The notes under the pieces: model-generated
Database searches by the model: none
What the model was told of the DNA's origin: nothing
Seen by the model: the letters and a program-made list of their open reading frames with translations, nothing else
Shown: in pieces, positions 18,215 through 25,633 of the stretch
Position numbering within the stretch: position 1 is the stretch's first letter
Layout of the letters: every line of letters starts with the position of its first letter
IMG/VR virus record: IMGVR_UViG_3300044609_000595
Span: 46,320 to 110,319 of that record
DNA length: 64,000 nt
Reading direction: 5' to 3' (one strand)
DNA from: a virus
Position numbers and translations under genes: made by a program

Positions 18215-21139
18215 ATGGATCAAGCGTTATCATCATTATTTCCTGTACATCAAATAGGTTCTGACGGATTTAATTGGTGGGTTGGACAAGTAGAGAGCAA
18301 GAAAGGAGACGACCCTAAAGAATCTGGTAGGTATCGTGTACGTATTGTAGGTCAGCATCTAAAAGATTGTGATGCCGTTCCTACTAATGAATTGCCATGG
18401 GCAAATGTAATGATGCCCGTCACTACTCCATACACTGATGGATTAACTACGGGAGCTTCTGTTGGTCTCGAACCTGGATGTTGGGTACTTGGTTTTTATC
18501 TTGATAATGATAAACAAAAACCAATTATCATGGGATCAATTGGTCACACAAAATACTCAACAGTTTTAAAAAATATTGATCCCAATCCATCAGGTAAGTG
18601 TAAATCATTTACTACCTTCACATCTAATGAAGTAAAACCACAAGTACACTACCCAACAAAGGCACAGAGTGGTGTTGACAAAGAAACTAAAGCAAATGTT
18701 TCTTCTGCTGGTCCCCCTGCTGCAGATGGCGCTACTAAACCAGATGGTGCTCCCCCAGTTTTGCTAGCTGCTTTATCACAATACAGCGAAACAAATCCCA
18801 TTGGTGGTAAAAGTTGTAACATCATTGCCAATCCTAAATGTGGTCAAGAAAAAAATTTAAAAAATAGTATCACTAATATTATAGGTGATCTTCTTGCAGC
18901 TAATCAAGCTTCTAGTGGACAACTGGGAGATTATTATGTTAGTAAAGTTACTGGATTTTTGTATGATAAAGTAGAAATTGCTCGTTATCATATTAGTAGA
19001 CTTACTAGACTTGTTCGTAGCTTTGTTGCTAGAATTAAAGGAGAAGTTATTAAATATATTCGCAAAGGTGTTGATGAATTAGTTAAATTAATTATTGGTA
19101 CTGAAGCAGCCGTCGATGAATTAGGTAATGTAAATACAGGACCACTTGCTGATCCAGAAAAAGCTTTTAAACCAGTAACACCAAAAGGAAATAGATTAAA
19201 AACAATTAAGAAAATTTTTGATAAAATTTTTGCTCAACTTGGTTGTGCTATCGAAGATTTAACAGATAGAATAACTCAATTCATAACTGATCTTATCTTT
19301 GGATTTTTATCAGATCTTTTTTATCAAGCTACCTGTGCTATAGATACAATTGTTCAGGGTATTTTGAATGAAATACTTTCGTTGTTTGATGGTCTTATTG
19401 CACAAATTTTAGGACCACTTCAAGAACTCTTGGGAGTATTTGCTAACCCTTTAAATTTGATCGGTGGTATTCTTAATAATATATTAAGTTTACTAGGCAT
19501 TTCTTGTTCTGGACCAGCAGCAAACTGCGAAGCTATTCAAAAAAAATGTACTGATTGTGGTCAAAATAAAGAAGATGATTTAGATAGATTAATTAAAGCT
19601 ATTGAAGATGGTGCTTTAGATAATGGTGGTGGCGTTTGTGAAGAGGGAAGAACTGTACCTCCAGCAGAACCAACTGAGGTGGATTTTATCGGCGGTGTGT
19701 TTGAAGAATCAACTCCAGATGTAGCAGAAGAACCACCAGGAAATGAAAATACTCCAGATTCTTTCTTCCCTGGTGGTACAGACATTGCAGATGATGCTTT
19801 CCCAGAAGTAGGAACTCCAGAAGAATATGATGATCCATTTAATGATGATGATTTACCCACTCCATCTGGTGATTCTTTTCCTGATGCGGACGCAACGGAT
19901 AATCCATATTATAGTGTAACAGCTGACAAAACTGTAGTAAATGAAGGAGATACTGTAACATTTACTATCAGAACCATTAATGTTCCAGTAGGAACAGTAC
20001 TTAATTACACTTTGTCGGGTGCAAGTATCACCGCATCTGATATTGAAGGTGGAAATTTAACAGGTTCTGTAACAATGTCAACCAGTACAGAAGATGTACA
20101 GATTACAATTGCAGTAGATGATACTGTAGAAACTACGCCAGAAGCATTAACATTCTCAATTGATGATACAGAAGCTTCCGCTACGGTTATAATTGATTCT
20201 GAATTTGAGTTGGTTCCTGGGATCAATGACAATATTGTATTACAACCAACATATTCTGTGGTTGCTGACAAAGCAAGCTATAGTGAAGGCGAAGATATTA
20301 TCTACACTATTACTACAACTAATGTTACTGATGGAACAGTATTAAATTACACTCTAACTGGTGTTGATATTATTCCAAGTTTCTTTATTAATAATACATT
20401 GTCTGGCTCCTTTATTGTAGAAAATAATACGGCACAAGTAGTTGTTGGTATTGCCGAAAATATTGGATGGACTAATAATTATATTCTTTCTTTTATTATT
20501 AATAGTACTGGAGCATTTACTGATTCTGTTTTATTAGCTGATGAGAACGCTGTTGTTCCAGGACAAGATACCATTGGAACTGATGGTGGTATCAAGGAAC
20601 CTAAAATTGGAAAGCCTGTAGCTGGAACACCTATTACTGATGGTAATGGTTCTATTATTAGTATACCAATTTTAAATCCAGGTGATCCCTATCAAAAAGC
20701 ACCTCAAGTTATCATTACTGGAAAGGGATATGGTGCTACTGGAATAGCATTGTTAGATGATAAAGGATACGTATCTGAAATAAGAGTGACAAGAACTGGA
20801 GCAAATTACAAAGTAAATACTCCAACAGAAAGTAATACTCAATGCATCATAGATTCTTTCACTTTAATTTCTCCTGGTGTTGGATACGAAACTGCACCAA
20901 CAGTATACATTAATGGTGATCCGACCATTGCTAAAGCTATTGTTGAAAATGGTTATGTGATTAGTGTAGAAATTGTTGATAGAAATAAAACATATTTAAG
21001 TTTGCCTGAAGTTTTAATCTTGGGAGAGGACGGAGCTGGCGCTAAAGTATTGCCTAATTTATTCTGCCTAGATATACAAGAACTTGAACGTAAAGGATAC
21101 GCCAAGATCGGCACTGGTAAATATATCGATTGTCCATAA
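18215..21139 (+). CDS. gp5: Baseplate hub gp5 (N-terminal OB fold) with added Ig/Calx-beta-like repeats
   Basis: GSDGFNWWVGQVE, GRYRVRIVG.H, LPWA.VMMP.T, G.WVLGF.LD.D.Q.P.IMGSI; ends in YIDCP; no lysozyme domain recognised. Confidence 0.82.
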   Translation: MDQALSSLFPVHQIGSDGFNWWVGQVESKKGDDPKESGRYRVRIVGQHLKDCDAVPTNELPWANVMMPVTTPYTDGLTTGASVGLEPGCWVLGFYLDNDKQKPIIMGSIGHTKYSTVLKNIDPNPSGKCKSFTTFTSNEVKPQVHYPTKAQSGVDKETKANVSSAGPPAADGATKPDGAPPVLLAALSQYSETNPIGGKSCNIIANPKCGQEKNLKNSITNIIGDLLAANQASSGQLGDYYVSKVTGFLYDKVEIARYHISRLTRLVRSFVARIKGEVIKYIRKGVDELVKLIIGTEAAVDELGNVNTGPLADPEKAFKPVTPKGNRLKTIKKIFDKIFAQLGCAIEDLTDRITQFITDLIFGFLSDLFYQATCAIDTIVQGILNEILSLFDGLIAQILGPLQELLGVFANPLNLIGGILNNILSLLGISCSGPAANCEAIQKKCTDCGQNKEDDLDRLIKAIEDGALDNGGGVCEEGRTVPPAEPTEVDFIGGVFEESTPDVAEEPPGNENTPDSFFPGGTDIADDAFPEVGTPEEYDDPFNDDDLPTPSGDSFPDADATDNPYYSVTADKTVVNEGDTVTFTIRTINVPVGTVLNYTLSGASITASDIEGGNLTGSVTMSTSTEDVQITIAVDDTVETTPEALTFSIDDTEASATVIIDSEFELVPGINDNIVLQPTYSVVADKASYSEGEDIIYTITTTNVTDGTVLNYTLTGVDIIPSFFINNTLSGSFIVENNTAQVVVGIAENIGWTNNYILSFIINSTGAFTDSVLLADENAVVPGQDTIGTDGGIKEPKIGKPVAGTPITDGNGSIISIPILNPGDPYQKAPQVIITGKGYGATGIALLDDKGYVSEIRVTRTGANYKVNTPTESNTQCIIDSFTLISPGVGYETAPTVYINGDPTIAKAIVENGYVISVEIVDRNKTYLSLPEVLILGEDGAGAKVLPNLFCLDIQELERKGYAKIGTGKYIDCP

Positions 21140-22218
21140 TGAGCAAAAACGTACAAAAGCCTTCGCCAAATCAACAAGATTTCCAAGCGAAAGGAGCTGC
21201 TAGACCAGAAGGAGCTGATGAATTAGAAAAGGGACAGTTTTGTAACGCAGATTTTAATGTCATCACAACCAAACATGGTTGGACGATGGGAACTTACTCC
21301 AATAATGATGGAACATCTGGTTATATTCTTACTAATGGTACATCAATTTTCCATTTTGATACTGCTGGTAACATTATTCTTTCTACAGGCAAACCTGCTC
21401 AAGCTGGTTGTGGTGGCAAAGTAATTATTAGAGCAGAAGATAAACAAGAAAAAGCAAAAACCACAAGCATTCATATCACGGGAAACGATGACCAAAAGAC
21501 TCGAAAGCCTGATGGTTCTGGTGGAGAAACTGTAGAAGAGTATCCTCCGTATTCTTTGTTTGTTGAAGGTGACATTGCGATTGAATCTCAGGGTGGAGAA
21601 GTTGCTATTAAAGGAGATAACATTACTTTAAATGCAACAAATGTACTTACTCTAAGAGCTGGCGAAGCAATTAATCTAGAGGCTGGTCAAGGAGGAGGAA
21701 AAGTTAACGTTCTTGCTGGCGATTATAATATTAATGCTTCATTTTCAAACAACACTATTACTGGTGGGCATTATATTGATAACACAGGAGAGACAACAGT
21801 TAATCAAGTTGTTCCTGGAACTACAACCTCTATCAATACTTTAGGTGGAGTGAATTATCTTGTTCGTGGTGCATATAACGTCGGTATTCTTGGAGATTAT
21901 AACGTAGCAGCAAAAGGAAATATTTTATTTGGTTCTTTGACAGGTGGTTTGGGTACTAGAATTGTCGGCAAATCATATGAATTTGTTGGTGGAAATAAAA
22001 AAAGTATCATCATGGGTAAACCATTGTCTGGTATAGATCCTCCAACAGAAACATATCAGCAAACTATTTCTGGTGCAGCAGCAGTTTCGTATGCTCTCAG
22101 AACCACTCAAAAAATAGAAAATAAAAGCTTAGGCGGATGGTCTTTGTTAACATCAGGACCAGTAGATATTAAAGGTAGCTTAGTTACAATCAAAGGAGCT
22201 TCTATTTTCCTGAATTGA
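21130..22218 (+). CDS. Spike / gp5 C-terminal beta-helix-like protein
   Basis: Short beta-strand repeats (V.GD..IE..GG, I.G.NI.L.A, G.YNV...G.Y) ending KGASIFLN; overlaps the gp5 stop. Confidence 0.6.
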   Translation: MSIMSKNVQKPSPNQQDFQAKGAARPEGADELEKGQFCNADFNVITTKHGWTMGTYSNNDGTSGYILTNGTSIFHFDTAGNIILSTGKPAQAGCGGKVIIRAEDKQEKAKTTSIHITGNDDQKTRKPDGSGGETVEEYPPYSLFVEGDIAIESQGGEVAIKGDNITLNATNVLTLRAGEAINLEAGQGGGKVNVLAGDYNINASFSNNTITGGHYIDNTGETTVNQVVPGTTTSINTLGGVNYLVRGAYNVGILGDYNVAAKGNILFGSLTGGLGTRIVGKSYEFVGGNKKSIIMGKPLSGIDPPTETYQQTISGAAAVSYALRTTQKIENKSLGGWSLLTSGPVDIKGSLVTIKGASIFLN

Positions 22219-22285
22219 AATTCAAAACTCAATTACATGAAATCGGGAAAAAAATTCCCAGTAAAAAATCAATAAAAAAGTTGAG
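22217..22285. repeat. Phased A-tract element, copy 1
   Basis: 69-nt ungapped match to 25215-25283 (GAAATT..AAA...CATGAAA..GGGAAAAAA.T..C...AAAAAATC...AAAAAAGT.GAG). Confidence 0.75.
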
Positions 22286-22313
22286 TATAGTTATCCTGAA
22301 CCCTGACAGAGCC

Positions 22314-22381
22314 ATCCTACTGAGATTTCTTGGGTTTGTCAAGGGGTTGACAGGCCGCCCCTGATGGTGCTACTATAAATA
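22314..22381. promoter_or_regulatory. Back-to-back sigma70 promoters plus an overlapping late promoter
   Basis: Minus: TTGACA (22342-22337), 17 nt, TAGGAT (22319-22314); plus: TTGACA 22347-22352, 18 nt, TG-C-TACTAT 22371-22376, overlapped by TATAAATA 22374-22381. Confidence 0.7.
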
Positions 22382-22402
22382 CATACACGGGTCGAGGAAA
22401 CG

Positions 22403-22534
22403 ATGAAAGTTCCAAACTGGCAACACCACAGCAAGAAAGAACAGAAGCGCCACCTCAAGCCCCAAGCATTGAGAGCTGCTAAAAAGCGTAGGCAGGCACT
22501 GAAGAACCTCTTGACAGCAACAGGACGAATATGA
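22403..22534 (+). CDS. Small basic cyanophage protein (43 aa)
   Basis: MKVPNWQHHSKKEQKRHLKPQALRAAKKRRQALKNLLTATGRI, GAGG Shine-Dalgarno upstream, directly behind the promoters. Confidence 0.65.
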   Translation: MKVPNWQHHSKKEQKRHLKPQALRAAKKRRQALKNLLTATGRI

Positions 22535-22558
22535 TACCATAGATCGGTATCTATTCAT

Positions 22559-22630
22559 GGGAATATAGCTTAATGGTTAGAGCGGGCTCCTTATAAGGGC
22601 TTAGTCTGGGTTCAACTCCCAGTATTCCTA
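22559..22630 (+). tRNA. trnI: tRNA-Ile(TAT)
   Basis: Acceptor GGGAATA/TATTCCT, D arm GCTT..GAGC, anticodon loop CTTATAA, T arm CTGGG-TTCAACT-CCCAG. Confidence 0.88.
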
Positions 22631-22636
22631 CCTAAT

Positions 22637-22709
22637 GCTGGTTTAGCAATCTGGCGAATGCAATCGACTCATAATCGATGGGAGGCGAGTTCGATCCTCG
22701 CAACCAGCA
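22637..22709 (+). tRNA. trnM: tRNA with CAT anticodon (elongator Met, or Ile2; not initiator)
   Basis: GCTGGTT/AACCAGC acceptor, ATCGA-CTCATAA-TCGAT, GCGAG-TTCGATC-CTCGC; no C1:A72 mismatch and no GGG/CCC anticodon stem. Confidence 0.85.
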
Positions 22710-22710
22710 C

Positions 22711-22739
22711 TTGACAATCTCAGCAAACCATGCTATGAT
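22711..22739 (+). promoter_or_regulatory. Sigma70-type promoter for tRNA-Leu(TAA)
   Basis: TTGACA, 17 nt, TG-C-TATGAT. Confidence 0.75.
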
Positions 22740-22752
22740 TGTCAGATACCAC

Positions 22753-22836
22753 GGGGATGTGGTGGAAGTGGTAGACACACCAGACTTAAAATCTGTTGGG
22801 AGTAATCCCGTGGGGGTTCAAGTCCCCCCGTCCCTA
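22753..22836 (+). tRNA. trnL: tRNA-Leu(TAA)
   Basis: GGGGATG/CGTCCCT acceptor, CAGA-CTTAAAA-TCTG, long variable arm GGGA-GTAA-TCCC, GGGGG-TTCAAGT-CCCCC. Confidence 0.92.
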
Positions 22837-22854
22837 TTATTTTAATAATTGTTT

Positions 22855-23496
22855 ATGACATATCAAATATATGACTTGTTTCCAACACCATTGTTTACCC
22901 AACAAAATTTTCTTTCTGAAGAACATCTTAAACAAGTACAAAATCTCATAATTAATTCTGAATTTTTTGATCATTCTGATGATAACTATGGAGTTAATCC
23001 AACTGCATCTAAAAATATTTTAAAATCACTTCCTGAAGTTAAACAGGAAATTATGGAAACATTTAAAGAATATGCTAGAAATATTCTTCGAATAGATTTT
23101 AGCATAGATTTTGCGATGGGATCTTGTTGGGGTACTTTGACAAAACCAGGACAAAAATCTAAACCTCATATACATTCAAATTATTATTACAGTGGTTGTT
23201 ATTATATTTCTGATGAACCATCAGCCATAGAATTTCATTTGGGACCCTCGGTTTATAATCATCATGAACGTTTTATGTTTAAGTATCTTGAACATAATGC
23301 ATACAATAATAACAAATTAATTTATTATCCAGTTAAAAATGAAATCATATTTTTTCCAGCTTATTTGAAACATCAAATAACTAAAAATACATCAGATAAA
23401 AATAGATACTCAGTAGCGTTTAATATTCATCCATCTGGAGTTTATGGACGCCACGATAGTCAGTTACACATTCAAGTTATTGATGATTTAGATTAA
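22855..23496 (+). CDS. 2OG-Fe(II) oxygenase (TIGR02466-like)
   Basis: LFPTPL, HIHSN..YSGCYY, IIFFPAYLKHQI, RYSVAFN. Confidence 0.85.
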   Translation: MTYQIYDLFPTPLFTQQNFLSEEHLKQVQNLIINSEFFDHSDDNYGVNPTASKNILKSLPEVKQEIMETFKEYARNILRIDFSIDFAMGSCWGTLTKPGQKSKPHIHSNYYYSGCYYISDEPSAIEFHLGPSVYNHHERFMFKYLEHNAYNNNKLIYYPVKNEIIFFPAYLKHQITKNTSDKNRYSVAFNIHPSGVYGRHDSQLHIQVIDDLD

Positions 23497-23513
23497 AACC
23501 TGCTTAAATAGTA

Positions 23514-23798
23514 ATGAACAGGTTGTGTAACATGAAATACATTCTTTCCCAATCTTATTGCTTCTATATGGGAGAAGTTGTTAGAATGTATTTTATCCAA
23601 GGTATGCCATATACCTTCGACGAACTTCCTGCTCTTATTCAAGACCACCCATCAGTTCAAACTGAAGCATTGAGTAATCGTGATTTTGATGACGAAGATT
23701 TGTATACTTGGTCCAATTATTTGATGATGGAAGAAGCCCACCCTCTAATGTTTGAATTAGAATTTGAAAATCCTGAGTTATTGCCTAAAGATGATTAA
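23514..23798 (+). CDS. Conserved cyanophage hypothetical protein (start may be ATG 23532)
   Basis: VRMYFIQGMPYTFDELP...YLMMEEAHPL.FE; preceded by a late-like TTAAATA; overlaps the cpeT start. Confidence 0.7.
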   Translation: MNRLCNMKYILSQSYCFYMGEVVRMYFIQGMPYTFDELPALIQDHPSVQTEALSNRDFDDEDLYTWSNYLMMEEAHPLMFELEFENPELLPKDD

Positions 23799-24312
23799 CG
23801 AATTTTTTAGATTAATTGAAGGACGTTTTGAAAATAAAACTCAAGCAATGACATATCCTTCGAGATATGCTATGATTAGAGTTACCCATGTCAATCTTGG
23901 TGGTGGTTTAATTTATGGAGAACAAGCTTACAATTATCAACTAAATAAACCGTACCGTCAATTTGTTCTTCGGCCTGTAGAAGAAAACGGTCAAATTCAT
24001 ATCTATAATTATGAATTGATTGATAAAGAAAACTACACTGGCTTCAAAAGACTTGACGAAATAGACCAGGATGTGCTAAGATTAAGGAGTGGTTGCGATG
24101 TCTTCATGACACCAAAAAACAATTCTTTCGTGGGGGGTATCCAAGGATGTGATTGTATGGTAGACTGGATGGGTCGTCAAACCTACCTCCAAAACGAAAT
24201 TGAGATAACACCATCTCATTATTATGTTATGGATCGTGGATTCTGTGCTGAACATAAACATCAGCTCTGGGGTTCTAAATATGGTAGGTTTGAATTTGTT
24301 AGAATGTCATGA
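23791..24312 (+). CDS. cpeT: CpcT/CpeT-family (T-type) phycobiliprotein lyase
   Basis: G.F.N..QA..YP..YA.I...H, YGEQAY.Y....PYRQ, GCD, F.G...GC.C, DRGF....QLWGS..G.FEF. Confidence 0.9.
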   Translation: MINEFFRLIEGRFENKTQAMTYPSRYAMIRVTHVNLGGGLIYGEQAYNYQLNKPYRQFVLRPVEENGQIHIYNYELIDKENYTGFKRLDEIDQDVLRLRSGCDVFMTPKNNSFVGGIQGCDCMVDWMGRQTYLQNEIEITPSHYYVMDRGFCAEHKHQLWGSKYGRFEFVRMS

Positions 24313-24710
24313 AAAATCCTTGGAAAGCTTTAATAGCTAAAGCAAAAACAGCAGCCAGACCTGGACAAGAGAAAAAAAATGGTATCAAACGAACTGAACC
24401 ATTAGATGTTACTATTGATGAACTTTATTTGAGAAATCAATTTGCTGAACAAAATGGTAAATGTTATTGGACTGAATTTCCCATAGACCCCTTTGGTGTG
24501 TATGAAAAAAGTAATCCACTAAGTCCAAGTTTAGAAAGGCTTGATGAATCATTGGGATATATTCCTGGAAACGTAGTCATTGCTTTAAGGTTATTTAATC
24601 TTGGTAGGCAAAGATGTCCAGAAAAAAAATTTAGAAATCAAGTAGAAAAATTAAAAAAACATTTTCAAGGAAAGCAAGTGACTTCTAATTTACATAATTT
24701 TTTGTGTTAA
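24309..24710 (+). CDS. HNH-like (beta-beta-alpha-Me) endonuclease, possibly homing
   Basis: EQNGKCYWT...SPSLERLDESLGYIPGNVV....FNLGR resembles the QxGxCxxT..SLDRID..GY..GNV...N family. Confidence 0.6.
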   Translation: MKNPWKALIAKAKTAARPGQEKKNGIKRTEPLDVTIDELYLRNQFAEQNGKCYWTEFPIDPFGVYEKSNPLSPSLERLDESLGYIPGNVVIALRLFNLGRQRCPEKKFRNQVEKLKKHFQGKQVTSNLHNFLC

Positions 24711-24720
24711 ATAATTATAT

Positions 24721-24792
24721 GCCCTTGTAGCTCAGTGGTAGAGCAACGGTTTTGTAAACCGTTGGTCGTCTGTTCGAATCAGATCGGGGGCT
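24721..24792 (+). tRNA. trnT: tRNA-Thr(TGT)
   Basis: GCCCTTG/CGGGGGC acceptor, GCTC-AGTGGTA-GAGC, ACGGT-TTTGTAA-ACCGT, GTCTG-TTCGAAT-CAGAT. Confidence 0.92.
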
Positions 24793-24832
24793 TTGGTAGT
24801 CGTTAGGCACATAGCTTAGAAAGACGCCAAAC

Positions 24833-24923
24833 GTAGGTGCCAAAACCGCTCCTCAGTCCTAGTATTCTGTGTCTGAGTGAATGTAAAGAGTGGGGACATA
24901 GGTAAAGTCCTCGACGCCTACCA
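24833..24923 (+). ncRNA. Putative structured ncRNA with pseudoknot
   Basis: Closing stem GTAGGTG/CGCCTAC, inner stems CCGCTC/GAGTGG, CTCAG/CTGAG, TATTC/GAATG, GGAC/GTCC; GC-rich, no credible ORF, between tRNAs. Confidence 0.55.
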
Positions 24924-24926
24924 CAA

Positions 24927-24998
24927 CTTCTGGTAGTCTATTGGTAAGGACGGGTGGACAACACACATGGAAACTAGGTTCGATTCCTAGACAGAGGA
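24927..24998 (+). ncRNA. tRNA-like element with aberrant anticodon arm
   Basis: 72 nt; CTTCTG/CAGAGG acceptor, D arm GTCT-ATTGGTAA-GGAC, perfect T arm CTAGG-TTCGATT-CCTAG; anticodon arm only GTG/CAC around GACAACA. Confidence 0.6.
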
Positions 24999-25001
24999 AA
25001 T

Positions 25002-25112
25002 AAGGTAAGGAAAGTAAAAGGAGCATGGGAACCGTATGGAGATACCGCACCTGCCTTGTTAACACCCCTCAAGCCTATCTCGGGACGCCGAATGATGCTC
25101 AAACAGAGGGGT
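25002..25112 (+). ncRNA. Putative two-domain structured RNA
   Basis: AAGGTAAGG/CCTGCCTT and ACCCCTC/GAGGGGT closed domains; cross-complementary GAGCAT/ATGCTC and GAGATA/TATCTC. Confidence 0.45.
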
Positions 25113-25116
25113 CACT

Positions 25117-25196
25117 GCCCAAGTGGTGAAATTGGTATACACGCATGACTTAGGATCATGTGCTTCGGCGTGGAGGTTCGAGTCCTCTCTTGGGCA
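25117..25196 (+). tRNA. trnL: tRNA-Leu(TAG)
   Basis: GCCCAAG/CTTGGGC acceptor, CATGA-CTTAGGA-TCATG, variable arm GC-TTCG-GC, GGAGG-TTCGAGT-CCTCT. Confidence 0.92.
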
Positions 25197-25214
25197 CTTC
25201 GGATTCTGTAATCC

Positions 25215-25283
25215 GAAATTGAAAAACTAAATCCATGAAACGGGGAAAAAATTCTCCGCCAAAAAATCGTCAAAAAAGTCGAG
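25215..25283. repeat. Phased A-tract element, copy 2
   Basis: Ungapped match to 22217-22285; preceded by the hairpin TTCGGATT-CTGT-AATCCGAA. Confidence 0.75.
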
Positions 25284-25292
25284 GGTAAAAAA

Positions 25293-25436
25293 ATGAGCTT
25301 ACTTTCTAAAAAAGATCACGAAATAGTCATCGAGGCACTAGAAACCCTAATTCAATCAAAAGAGGAATCTGACGATAAATTTGAATACTATAATTTACTC
25401 AATTGGGTAAAACTTAAATCAAAAGATAAATTTTGA
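25293..25436 (+). CDS. Small hypothetical protein (47 aa)
   Basis: MSLLSKKDHEIVIEALE...YYNLLNWVKLK; GAGG upstream. Confidence 0.55.
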   Translation: MSLLSKKDHEIVIEALETLIQSKEESDDKFEYYNLLNWVKLKSKDKF

Positions 25437-25443
25437 TAATTAT

Positions 25444-25515
25444 TGGAGTGTAGCTCAGTGGTAGAGCGGTCGGCTGTTAACCGATTGGTCGTAGGTTCGA
25501 ATCCCACCACTCCAG
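25444..25515 (+). tRNA. trnN: tRNA-Asn(GTT)
   Basis: TGGAGTG/CACTCCA acceptor, G discriminator, GTCGG-CTGTTAA-CCGAT, GTAGG-TTCGAAT-CCCAC. Confidence 0.92.
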
Positions 25516-25556
25516 TTGGCGATACTGTCAAACCAGACCCCTTCCGTGTGACTTTG

Positions 25557-25581
25557 AAACCTCCCTTCTATGGGGGGTTTT
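25557..25581 (+). terminator. Intrinsic terminator closing the tRNA island
   Basis: AAACCTCCC-TTCTAT-GGGGGGTTTT. Confidence 0.7.
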
Positions 25582-25585
25582 ATTG

Positions 25586-25593
25586 TATAAATA
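25586..25593 (+). promoter_or_regulatory. T4-type late promoter for the giant structural gene
   Basis: Perfect TATAAATA 40 nt upstream of ATG 25634. Confidence 0.85.
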
Positions 25594-25633
25594 CTCGTAA
25601 GAAGAAAAACGTAACTACAAGGTCTGAGTAATT

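Noticed and set aside
24859-25065. 68-aa minus-strand ORF in the tRNA spacer
   Set aside because: Antisense to structured, tRNA-like elements in a plus-strand island; no protein-like features
25443-25631. 62-aa ORF from the track
   Set aside because: It lies over tRNA-Asn, the terminator and the late promoter
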